A stretch of 64,000 nt of DNA, taken from assembly GCA_002104945.1 (NCBI GenBank), contig MCFH01000054.1, forward strand, positions 186,001 through 250,000, given 5' to 3'. The DNA comes from Piromyces finnis finn (Eukaryota; Fungi; Neocallimastigomycota). The notes under the pieces were generated by a model. That model searched no databases. It saw nothing but the letters and a program-made list of their open reading frames with translations, and was not told the DNA's origin. Positions 26,801 through 40,300 of the stretch are shown one piece after another (positions within the stretch are counted from its first letter, which is position 1; every line of letters begins with the position of its first letter). The position numbers were made by a program, and so were the translations under genes.

Positions 26801-29800
26801 AATAAATTGAATAAATATATCATAGAGTCCAAAATTAGAGGAATTTTTTAAGAAATCCGTATTGAATCTTAATAATCTTAAATACATATAAAATACTCTT
26901 CCATTTTTCGTTATTGGTGCTGAAACATTATTTATATCAGCTAATGGTATAATGGTGGCAACTCTACTTATTGTAACATCTAGTATTAAATTATCTAAAA
27001 ATTCAAATCCATTTGTATTATTATTATTGTTGTTACCATTAATATTGCTCTCTTTATTACTATTGCTATTTGTAAGAGCATTAGTACTTTCTTCTTTAAT
27101 GTTATTTTCAAATGATATTTCATTTTTTTTTATAATATTTTTCTTTGAAAAGTCATTTTGAATTTTCTGAATTTCCGTTTTAAAGGACATTGAAAATTTC
27201 ATAAACTTTTCTACAGATATTACGTGTAATATAGAATGAACATCTTGAATTTTAAGATTAATTTGTTGTTTGATATTTTCAGGATCATTATTAACCATGA
27301 TGAAGTTATTATCCAAGGATAAATCAATATAAAGATAGGCTAATCTATTACTGACTTGATAAATATTATTTGTTATTGAATTAAATGATAAACATATATT
27401 TTTTGAAGATAATTCTCCTAAAATTTTGTTTTTACTAATAAGATTTCCACTTTCAATTTCTTCGGGAGAAAAGTCGTTGATTTTTGCTTTTCCGTGTAAA
27501 CCTGTGATATTAAATGAAATATTTTCAGTTTCAGTTTTAATAATGATTTGGAAGTCTTGCAAAAATAGATATAAACATAATTTAATGTCATATTGCTCAA
27601 ATATATCTTTCTTTTCTTCTGCTTCTTTAACTTCTTCAATTTCCTTTATTTTATCTTCTGTACTTTGATATATATAGAATTTATTATATAAACTTTTAAT
27701 TTGTTCTAATTCATCATTTACTAGGTATGGTAAGAGTACAATGGCTTTTATAATTGATGAAGTAATTTTACAGTGGTACTTATTTAAAACAATATTGGTT
27801 TTAATATTAAATCCAAGATTACTTTTACTACTATCTGTGATGATTATACCTGATATGTTGACTTGTGGTAATTCTGATGAAAAATCACTATCATTACTTT
27901 CAATATACTTATTATTTGTAAGATTTAGTTTAACTTTTGGAGCAGAAATGTTTACTGAATATAAATACATGATTGAATTTGCTTGAGTTTTATCTCCAGC
28001 TTTATTTAATTCTATATAATAATTTGGGAAGTCGATGACCAAACCAGCGGATGAAAATAAATCCATTCTTAAATTAATACTGTTAAATATAAATTTGATA
28101 CCAATATTAAAATCATTAAGAAGAGAAATATCAACATCATTCCATAGTGTACTTTCTTCCTGAATGTATGCATTCTTTGATAGTGCCTTTTCATCCTCTT
28201 CTTTAGTGTTGGATTCAATTTCATTTGTCATTTCATCAATTAAATATTTATACTTGTCTAGATATTCATCAGACCATTTATCAAATATAGAATATAACAA
28301 TATAATGCTTTTTAATACATTAATATTAAGGGAACCTAATGTGACAAGTAATGAAATTTTTTTTGATTTTTCAATAGATTTTGATTTTAATTGTTCAATA
28401 ATTAATTTATTTAAACCACCATGAATACTGAAATCATTAAAATTAAGCTTTACTAATTCATTTTTAATTGGTTTTTCATTATTATAAATGTTTTTTTCTA
28501 TTAAGCTAGATGATAAAGAGGATACCTTCATAACAGTATTATGTTGAATAATCAATTTCTTTATTGTACCCGATGATACATCATTTTTATAATTATAATG
28601 AAGATTTAACGATTCAATTGTTTTGATATGGCTTGGATTGGTATTGTCAAACATTAAATTATAGGTAGATACTGATGAATTATCCAGTTTACACTTTAAT
28701 TCTATTGTGGTTGCTGATGCTTTAACACAAATAGTTTTAATGGAAAATAAACCGTGGAAAATATTTAAATTCTTATGTTTTCTTCGTGAGGATATATTTT
28801 TAATTGATTCCATAATTGTACTGTTGTTAGTATTATTATTATTATTAATTGTATTATTAGAAGGGATTTTATTTAATTTATCATCTTCTTTTTCATTCAT
28901 TTTGGATAACCAATTAATTGCCCTTATACTATGCTTAGCTAATATAAATAAATTTCCATTTAACACTATATTTATTCGACTAATACCACCATAATATAAT
29001 ATATCATAATAATATTTATTTGCTTCGTAATTCATTTGATCATTATCACTAACTAGTTCTTTTGGCTTCATTAATAAATCTGTTTGGATTTGACCAATGT
29101 TAATATGATTTTTCTCAACCTTATTATCGAATACTTGCAATTGAATCTTTCCAATCTGTAAACAAATTCTAAGATTAGATGGAATATAATTTATTATGTC
29201 AACTTCATTTTGATTTTCAATAGTGTTATTTTTAACTTGTCTATTAAATATTATGTTAATTATTTCACTATTTTCTGATACATTTTCCCAATTATACCAA
29301 TCTATTAAATTTTTCATAGTAATATTATATAAATTATTTTTATCATTAATAGGAATTAAAGTTTTTAAAATATTTCCTGGACGTTTTTGCAATTCGTTCA
29401 TAGCATAACGAATATGGAATAACAATTTCCATCCCGGATCAGATTTATGTGGACTGGTTCCCAGTCTCCACATTGGCGAAGGTTGTGTTAAAAATGTTGG
29501 ATTGGATATAATATGTAATCTATTGGATTCTTTAACAACAGTTGCTATTAATTTTTGTAACTTCCTATTGTTATTATTAAAATCATCAAGAATTGTCATT
29601 AAACTTTTAATGAAAACTATCCATCTAAATAAGGAAGAACTTATTAATTCAAGTGTTTGATTAATTATTGAAATATTAAAGTTTGTTAGATTAAATACCA
29701 CTGATGATTGTGTTAGTGTTTTTATTGGATTATAATATAATTCTAATCTAAAGTTATCGATACACATGTATAAATATGTTGGGTTATGTAATATTTTTAA

Positions 29801-31300
29801 TGTATTGTTATTATAATAATTTGTATTAATATTCTTTTCTTCATCTGGAATTAAAATACCAGTAATACTTGTATTATCAAATTCATTAATAAATCTGAAT
29901 ATATCTTGGATTTTTGAAAATTCAATAAATGTTTTTACTTCTCTCAATTCTGATAAAGATGCATTATCATTTATATTGACTTTTTGACTTATAAAGAAAT
30001 TTAAAAATAAATCTTTTATAATAAATTCGTTAAATGATAATGTATTTTCAGGAGTTCTCATACTATTTTCATTTAAAAATGTTTTTCCTACTTCCGGGAA
30101 TATGACATCTTGAATACTATGGATACAGAGACTAGGTAAGTTTATCAACAAACCAAATGATGATAAAATTTCTTTTATTTTCTTCTCCAACAATATACCA
30201 ACGTACTTTATCTGGAATAAATCAATAAACGTTTCATCTGGTAATCGCTAAATATTATATTATATAATAATTTATTATTTAATAATTTGTTAATGTTAAT
30301 ATTTAGTAAATATTTATTTTTATTTATTCTACTATATAAATTAATCAATATACGTCATAATCTAATGCTTCCACAAATTCCTGAATAATCTTTATACATA
30401 TAGGGGTAATAACAATATTTAATGATTTTGCAAAATCAATAGTTAAAAATACACTATCTTCATTTTCCCTATCCTCATTCAAATCAAAATATGACAAACC
30501 ATTTTTAAATTGTTCATTTTGTAATATTGTTTGAAATGGTAAGTAACTATCATTATCATCATTATTTGCTTCTTTGATAGCATGTATATTATTATTCTAT
30601 TTATATAAATATAATTATTTATATTAATTTAGTAAATATATATATATTCTTTTTTTTTTTATTGGTATTAAATAATTTATTTACATTTATATCATAGAAT
30701 CTATTTAGTGGAGGCATAATATCTGAATTTATTTCACTTGTATATAATGGTGTTGAATCCACTAACAATTGATAGTTATTTAAATATTTTCTATATGGTA
30801 TAGGTCTTTTTTTCGATTCTATTAAATATATTATTTAATTATTAATATTTTAATAATTTTATACTTTTTTAATAAAAAATTAATTATTAATAAAATAATT
30901 ACCATTGATAGCATTTGTTGATACAAATTTTCTTAAATCATTCTCAACATTAAAATCACTTTTACTTTTCTTCCCGGTCTTTGGTTTAAAAAACATATTT
31001 TCATTATCAGAATCACCACTTCAATATAACATATTAATATAGAATAATGTCATTTTAATAAAATTTTTAAATTACCTCTTTTATCTTGAAAATAAAATAA
31101 TATTACCTAAATTCAAAATATTCATTTGATCCATTTTCATTTTTATTCTCATATGAATATAAACTTGATGATATTGATTCACTAATTGGTATTTGAATAA
31201 ATATAGGTAAAAGTTCAAAGTTTTGTTTTCGTGAATGGGTATCTTTATAATTATGTTTTGAAACTAATTTTATAAATAATTATATTATTTTTAAAAAAAA

Positions 31301-31365
<65 letters not shown>

Positions 31366-34300
31366 AATTATTATTATTATGTTTATTATGTTTATTATGA
31401 TGTTTATTATTATGTTTATTAATATATTTTTTATTATTGATAATACCTCTAAATGGAGGAACTAAAACCGGAACATAACTATATATTTTCTCTTCTTCGT
31501 TAATACTTGAAGCATTACTATCTTGATTATCATTATTTTCATAAATAAATGTCATTCTTTTAGTTAGTCTATCCTGGTGTCTAATAAACTCAACTTGTTT
31601 TTCATATAATTCTTTCCAATCTGGTGTTTTTAAATAAATACATAAAGATAAGTTTGTTTCAATACTTGCAACTTCAATCCAAGGGTATGAAGATTCAATC
31701 TAAATTAAAATTATTATTGTTTTTTTTTCTATTAGTTATTATTTCTAATTTATTATTATTTTTAATTTAATGATTATTTAAATATAACAAACATCTTTAT
31801 TGGTTTCAGCTAATGCTAATAAATATACACCAACAAATGGGAAATCTAAAAATATTCTATTGCAATAATGAGTATTTATAGTGTTATCCATTTGAAGTTT
31901 AAAACCATCTTTTAAAAATAAAATTGTTGAACTTCCTTTTCCCCATATTGATAAATCTATTTTATTCATAGTTAATTGTAATGAAAAGAAATCACTAGTT
32001 AATGGTAATTCTAAAATTGCATTATCAAAATCTGAAAAATGATATAAAAAGGTTTCCAAAAAATTCACAAAAGATACTATAAAAAATGGATGTACTTCTC
32101 CAACTAATGATCCAATATTAAATCTCCAATCTGCACCATAAACTAATTTATATGGCATAGGACCAAACATTCTGTGTCCATATATTGATAAATCTTATAT
32201 ATTATTTAAAAAATATAATATGTATATATATAAATTTAATATTATTATAATTTTTATTTCTGTAAGTTTACAAAATCATTACCATCAATATAGAGAAAAT
32301 CATTAGAACAATTCTTTTCAAATACCATAATAGGATTCGTATTAATTTGAATATCTATAAATAATTTATCCATAATAAATTTATTTAATTTACATTCATT
32401 AAACAATTATTTAATAGTATGTGGTAAATATACCTTGAAATTGATCTGTTCCTCTAATTTCAACTTCAAGAAGTTTTGTTTTTAATGTAATATAATTCTT
32501 ATAAGTATATAAACTTTCTGGTAAATAAGCCTCTACATTTTCCGCTTGAATTAATATATTCATATCTAAAGCATTCATTGGCTCTAATTCTAATTGATTT
32601 TGATCATTACTTTTTTCTTGATTTTTTTCTCTATATTCCGATACTGTCGTGAATGAGGCATAATCACCAAAATAATTATCTGCTATTAATACAAAATATT
32701 TAATTAAATAACCAAACACTTTAAATGACACACCGGATCCCTAAATAATATAGATATGAATAATTTATGCTTAAATATTAATAATACATATTATATTTTA
32801 GATATTTTATACATATATATCTAAACAATACCCCTATTTTTAAATTCATTGAATCAACATATTCAGGATTATAGACGGCATAAAATGAATAGTCACCTTC
32901 CAATTCAAAATTATTTATAACACCTACAGGATTTGATTCTTTATTAATATTTTCACCTATTGTATGTGATTTTGGTAGTAATATATCTAAACTTAATGGA
33001 GTATTTTTTGTCTGTTTATATATATTTATTTGTATGTATATTAAATTAATGAAAAAAAGATAATATTTAAAAATGAAAATTATATTGTATTGATTCTTAC
33101 AGAAACTTTAAAGGGTATGCATGAATAAATTGGATTAAATACAGTAAATGGTAAATTTACATTAATGTCTAACAAATCTCCTGATAATGTTAAATAGGCT
33201 ATAAAGATAAAAGATATATATATTTAAATGGTTAATTTCATATTCTATATTACTTTTTTATTATTGAGTTGATTATATTATTATTAATTACAGTTTTGAT
33301 CTATTTCATTAAGTTGATTTATAATGTTGCATTCATTTATACACATTAGTATACTATATTCTTTAAATGTAATATTAATATCATATATAGTTGGAACAAA
33401 ATAATCATTTTCAATTGGTTCACCCTCTGTCCAATCTGTAATTAAATCAGTAATTAATGTTATATGATCTTTAAGTAAAAATATTTTTGTTTCTAAAAAT
33501 TGAATATCAAATGGCATTGTACGTTCTTGATTCCATTTTAATGGTGCGGGTATCGTTGCGTTAATCTAATATGAAAAATGAAAAATAAATATTATAACAA
33601 TTTTTTAAAATATAATGTACATGGTTATTGTCACTTGAAAATTTTTATTGTATTTTTTTCAAATTTATATAAATTATTGAATATTTTTGGGAAACAAACT
33701 TTTAATTGAGAGCCATTTAAAAATACTGCATAATCAATACTAGTAGTAACTTTTACATTTAATAGATTTACATCTAATTTTCCTTCATATCCTTCTTCTG
33801 ATATAAACGATGGAAGTTCATAATAAATGTGTGATCCTTCATCAAAATTTACATCAAGCCATGCATATGGTCTTACACTTTGTTCTTTTCTTTTATCTTT
33901 TTTAGATTTTTATTATCATTATCATTTTGATTTTTCCACAAATTATCCTATTATATATATAGAGAGAGATAGAGAGAGTATTTTTAATATTTATTAATTT
34001 TTTTCATTTCAATAAATGAATATATACCTTTGAATGTTCTTTCGTCGGTACTCTTGCTGTTCCTTTTTCTTCGAAAATTATAAATAATTTCATTGCTGGT
34101 GCTACTCTTAATTGACCTGATGTAGGAGGACTTACTATTTCCATATCTCTAAATGAAAGAGGATAAAAGAAATACTGTAATAATAATCTTTTAAAGAATA
34201 AATATAATTAATAAAATATATATAATATTTTAAATATATGTCATATTAAATAATAAAAATACCTATTTCTATCCGTCCATGGACCATAATTTAGTTGTGC

Positions 34301-36155
34301 ACTATATAATTTTATATCAATTCTCCATTCAGGTAAATTTTTCTGACTTTCTTCATAATATTCTGAATTGACTGGAGGAACTGGACCTAATTAATATAAT
34401 TTGTTATAAAGAATTGTACTTAATATTATGCATTTACACTTTTATCAAATTTTCGAATTTCGATGCAATATTAATATAATATATATCAACCTGTAACATC
34501 AGAATACATTGAAAGAATTAATTCTTCTGATTGAAGTAGTATGGGAACACGTGCATATTCATTTTTATCATCTTTATTTTCACTTCCTTTATAATTATTT
34601 TGGTATGTATTAAATGGAATTAAGGCTTAATTATTTACATAATATATAAATCATAATATTTATATTATAAAAAGGATATCTTGCAAGTCCAGTCCATGTT
34701 GTTTTCTTTATATTACTTTCATTTTTAGTATTTTTTATTTTTTTATTTTTATTAAATAGATAATTAAATGTAAAAACATATTTTACCCTATCTTTTAATG
34801 ATTTTTTAGAACTTTTTATATTTTTTAATATTTAATATAATAATATAAGAATAAATGTTTTTCTTTAATAAATAATATATTAAAATATACATTAAAATAT
34901 ATTATAAGATTTATGATTATTACCTATTGACAAAGTTATTAATGTCATTTTTTCTATAATTTATATGATCTGAATTTGCTCTTATACTAACTACAGGTTT
35001 TATTAAATCAACATTCAATTTCGTCATATAATAATCAAAAATTGAACTTGCCTATAAATCATTAATAATTATAAAGTATTAATTATAAATTTAAATATAT
35101 AAATATAAAATTATTACAATGACTTACTGTATCAACAGAATAGGAAACTTTCATTCCATTAAAATCAGCAACTAAAATTGAAGGAAGATCTCTGCTTCCA
35201 ATATATACAGCACCTTTATTAACTTCTACATATATTGGTAATAAACTTTTAAATAATTTATCTTTATTGACTTTATTTGGAAGAATATATTCGCCAATAT
35301 TTGTCACATTCACTTTCAAAAAAATAAAACCATCAGTTTCATTCTATTACTTTTATTATATATATTATATATATATCCATATTTATTATAACGATTTTTA
35401 TTTTTTGTTATTAATTTTTACCTGCTACGCTTTCATTAGATTCTCTTCTTAATATTCTTTTTAAATCTTCATATACTGCCATATTGTTATATATGTAATA
35501 TTCCAAACCTTCTGCAAATACTCTCACTCTTGATGGTTTTTCTTCATCATCTATATTATTTTATATTAAATTTATAATTATTTATCACACCAAATAAATT
35601 GTTAATTATTAATACATTACCTCTAAAATTTGAAACAAGTTGCATTTGTTTTTCTTTTTTCGTTTTTGCTTTATTAATGAATGACCAAAGTACTGTAATA
35701 TACCCTCGTTCAATATAGATTGATTCATTTTTTGATATATAACTCAATTTTTTAAATAATATTGTTCCACTTAAAGGACATATTACAATATTTTCTTATA
35801 TAAAATAGATATTAAATGTATATTTAATATAATTAAGGAAGGTAATAAAGATAAAACTAATTTTTATAATAATATACCTATATTAATTAAGGTATTTAAT
35901 TTGGGCCAGGTGTATATATTAATCAACTTTATGAAAATAAAAGTAAAGAATCTACTACTATAGAGTAGTAATAAATATGCTAATAAAACTATTAGCAAAC
36001 ATCTATATATATTATATAGATCAAATGTTAATAAATAATAATAAAATTATAATATTATAACTTTTATGTTGTTACCTTATTGTTAAATTTATAAATTGAA
36101 CAAATTTATCTTTCGATTGTACTGGCTCTTCGAAATAAACTTCATAAAGAGCCAT
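23891..36155 (-). CDS. CSF1: Bridge-like lipid transfer protein Csf1/BLTP1 (KIAA1109/Tweek family); about 23 exons, terminal exon 23891-30247
   Basis: N-terminal TM helix followed by LYSSRFFTFIFIKLINIYTWPK; NESIYIERGYITVLW; GLEYYIYN; LLPIYVEVNKGAVYIG; EYARVP; PEWRIDI...YGPWTDRNR; RPYAWLDV; IYGHRMFGPMP; C-terminal LEPQLKVIGDATSWEWVDYIG. These match my recollection of fungal Csf1 blocks. One apparent single-base frameshift lies near 33910. Confidence 0.88.
31305..31420. repeat. (TTA)n microsatellite in a CSF1 intron
   Basis: About 20 uninterrupted TTA units followed by degenerate TGTTTATTA units. Confidence 0.9.
34607..34679 (-). other. U12-type (minor spliceosome) AT-AC intron in CSF1, 73 nt, phase 2
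   Basis: Minus strand: GCA AG|ATATCCTTTTT...AAGCCTTAATTCCATTTAATAC|A TAC CAA. Splicing gives TTWTGLAR-YQNNY. Read-through of the unspliced intron reaches TAA. Confidence 0.85.
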
Positions 36156-37346
36156 TGTTATTTTATCTTGTCAATATTACTAATTTGTTAATTGATAATA
36201 AATTTCATATTTTTTAATTAAAAAGAATTTATATATTGTTAATGCTGCTGTTTTATTTTATTTTACTTTATTTTATTATATTTTTTTTATTAAATAGTTT
36301 GGTTTTGTTTTTATGTCAATGATATTTTAAATTCTATTATTATTTCTAATTAAAATTTTTTAGATAACAAATTTAACACGATAATATAAATTAATTTATT
36401 TTAATATTTAATAATTTTTTTTTTAAAAAAAAAACATAGTGGAAAAGAATATATTTAATTATTAATAAAATGGGTTATAATAATTATATTTCATTAAATA
36501 CTTAAAACTATGTTATTAATTATTATAGATATAAAATATTAATTAAATAGTTAAAATGTTTATTGCTTGAGTTAAAATAACCTTAAATGAATATTCTTGA
36601 TTTTTTTAATTTTAATCAATAATATTAAGTAAAATAAAATTATTAAAATCAATGGTTATTTATTAAATTATACTTTAGAGAATTAATTAGAATTAATTCT
36701 ACACTACTATCAATTTTCCATATTTTCTAAATTGCAATGAATACATATTACATTTAATTAATATTTTTAAAGCCATAAAATAATGTTTTTATCTTAAAAT
36801 ATTTACCTGCGCTATCATCACTACATTTAAAGACTTTATGCATATACAAAATTTTAATAGTAATATGGTTATATTATCACTGAAGTGTTTATTAATTTTT
36901 ATTTTTAATTATTTTTTTGTTCAATACAATCAATTATGGCAATGTTAACTGATTAAATTATACTTAATATAACTAAAGAAATAAATAATTCAAAATATAT
37001 TTTAATATGTTTTTAAATAATAAAAATGAAGTGTTAAGTAGAACAAGATAAAATTGAATAAATATTATAATATTTAACTTTTTTTTTATTAAAAGGTTAT
37101 AAATTCTTTTTTATAACCCTTTTTTTATTTATAAGTTTTTTTAGTTTTAAAAAATTTTATTAATAAACTTTTACCATCGGGTATTTTTTTTTTTTACATA
37201 TAGAATAACTATAAAAATATTTATATTTTATCCAATAAATTTTTTGTAATAATTAAATCGTTTTAAATATATATACATTAATTATTAACTTTATTAACGA
37301 CAACTTTTACTAAAAATGATAAAGAATCTAATACCAAGGAAGTAAC

Positions 37347-40300
37347 ATGTTAAACTCAAAAATTGAATCTGATGATAGTAAATTCATAAATGGTTCACAT
37401 TCACTGCGTTTGAATGTTATTATTGACTATATAATTGAGAAAGGTAAAAAAATGAAGAGATATGATAGTAACATGATCTTTTAATAAAACATTTATCTCT
37501 TTCATTAATATATTAGATATTCTAATTAATGGTGAGGTTAAGTCCAAAGAAGAAGTAGAAGAAGAAAATAAGAAAAAAAATATTAAAAATACTAAAAGTA
37601 AAAAAGTAGTAAATCTAATAAATCAACAAAATCAAGTAAAAAAAGTAAAGAAAAGGATAAAAAGAAAAAAAAAGATGAAGATGATGATACAAATTATTAT
37701 TTTTCATATTGCATTGCTGGAAAAATTGATGGAGAAGTAAAAGAAAATTATTAATAATTATTAATCAACTATAAACATATTAAATTAAAAAAAAAACTTT
37801 TTTTAAAATGTATTATGCGTTATAGACCGATGTGATTCAATATTCAGATTCAACATTTTCAACATTTCATGACATAGATATAAACATTGTATGAATATTA
37901 AAAAAATATAAATAAATTAATAACATCTATCCATAGATTTAATTCTATAGATTATTTTAATATAAATATGACATATTAAAAAAAATTATATTTTTAAAAT
38001 TCTTATAAATATTATTGTATATCATAGGACTTTTTAAAAAATTTATATAGTAAACAAGTGGAAATAAAAATATGGAAATTGATACCTAATTCAGAAAAAT
38101 CAACATCAAATGAACACATACATAAGCAAATACGAACAAAGAAGTTGAATACAAATAATAGGAAAAGTATTTGCATACCAAATCAATTAAAATTACAAAA
38201 ACAAATACCCTCTAATATTAATCAAGGAATAATACCTAATATTAAAGAAAATAAGAGTGAAAAAAATTCTAATAACGAAATGGATGATAATGAATCATCA
38301 AATCAATCATCCTTAATAAACTATAATTTTTCATTAATACCAATAAAACCAGTATATGATAGTCTTCAACAATTAAATTTCCCATTTAGTAACATTCGCA
38401 GTACATTTTCAAATTATAATTCAAAATATAAAAATAAGTTTATGAATACTGAACAATTAAGAAATCATATTTCAGGAAATGAGAATATGATGATTGGAGG
38501 TGACATTAATAATAGATATAATGGTGGAAGAAATGAATTATGGGGAAATCATCATATTAATATATTAAATGGAGATTACGTTAACGAATTTGATAATACA
38601 ATTCATATTGTACCGCACCCACATCATTTTATGGTACCCGAAAGATATTCAAGAATCCATAATTCATATTCAAGAGGAGGTTCACCAATTCGATCTTCTT
38701 CAAATAATCGTTCAAGATCTCGTACTAAAAGTAAAAAAAGAAATAGTAATTCAAAAAAAGATGAGGAAAAAAAAAATAGTAAATCTAGTAAATATGGAAA
38801 TAAATCTTATGATTGCTATTATGATGAAGAATTATATCCACGAAAAGGAAGAAGCAGGAGTAGATCAAAATCAAATAATAGAAGTAATAATAGAAGTAGA
38901 AATAATAGTAGAAGTAGAAGTAATGTTAGAGAATCAGGAATAAAAAATAGAAGGTTAAAAAATGGCAATAAAGATGATAAAAATAATAGTAAATCAAAAG
39001 GAAGTAGGAAGGGAAGAGATAAACTTTCGAAAAGAAAAGAAGAAGATCAATATGAAATGATTGGAAAAATGACATTAGATATTTGTAAATTATTTTTTGA
39101 TGAATATGAAGTAGAAAAAAAGTAAATAATTTAATTACTCTATTTTTATTTTAATATAATTAAATAATATTAAATGATCTAAATAAAATAATAATAAAAA
39201 AAAAGATTAGATTATCCAATAGGTGAAGTTAAATATTTTGGATTTAAATTATCATTGTCAGAACCATTACTATCGAAAAAACAAAGAAAATTGTATGATA
39301 ATGGATTTTTAAAATATATATTAAATAATTAAATAGTTAAATGCTTTACAAAAAAAATAATGTAATTGATTATATCTTTTTTTTTTTTTTGATTATTAGC
39401 TTAAATCCTATTGCAATAGAAATTGTTTCAGCAAAATCAATGCCACCTAAACCAACTACAAATAAAGTCAATTATGCAACAATAGCACCAACGTAACTAT
39501 ATGAATATATAAATAATATCATAATTTTTTAAACAATACTTTTTGTATTTACATTCTTTTATATATTATAATTTAAAAAATAATAAAAAAACAAGATATT
39601 GCAAATTTTCATTTATTGATAATGAAAAGGAATATAAATGTTTTGAAGAATGCCGCAAAGAAAATAACAAAATAATTTTCAATTCAGTTCATCTATTATT
39701 AAGTGGAAATATAAAAGAAGAAGATCTTTTTAATACTTTAGTGTATAAAAAACTAAATATAGAAGTAATTGTTATATTAAATATTAAAGTAAGATTATAT
39801 TTAAAGATGTTAAATTAAAAAATATATATATAATCATCATCACATAGATACATGATAGAGATTATGAAGTTCCAAAAGACAAAAAATATATTTCTAATAG
39901 TAAGTTTAATATTTCTATTTAAAAATATTTTATTAAAACTTAAAATAATGATTTAATACATATTTTAATATATTACTCTAGAATTTGATTACGTTGAAAG
40001 TTACAGAACAACATATATACCCAATATTATTTATGGTGTAGCTTCATTTTGTAATTATCATATTCATTTTCAATTTATTAAATAATAATATATGAATTAT
40101 TTTATTAATATTAATTTACATAATAAAGCATTGGCACCATTGGTAACAGGTATTAAAGAATTAACTTTAACAGCACCTGTTGAAACAAACTATCATATAA
40201 AAGGTATTAAACTCTATTGTAAATTATATCATATATAAAATTATTATTATTACATATATTAATTTTTAATAATAAATTATAAGACAAAGGAACAGACTTT

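Noticed and set aside
24867-29408. Plus-strand ORFs overlapping CSF1 (and similar ones at 13684, 16415, 49899, 51555, 53768, 54389)
   Set aside because: Antisense shadows of real coding exons with biased F/L/I/S composition.
31280-31555. Poly-Asn ORF on the minus strand (also 63366-63672)
   Set aside because: Exon read-through into intronic (AAT)n microsatellites.
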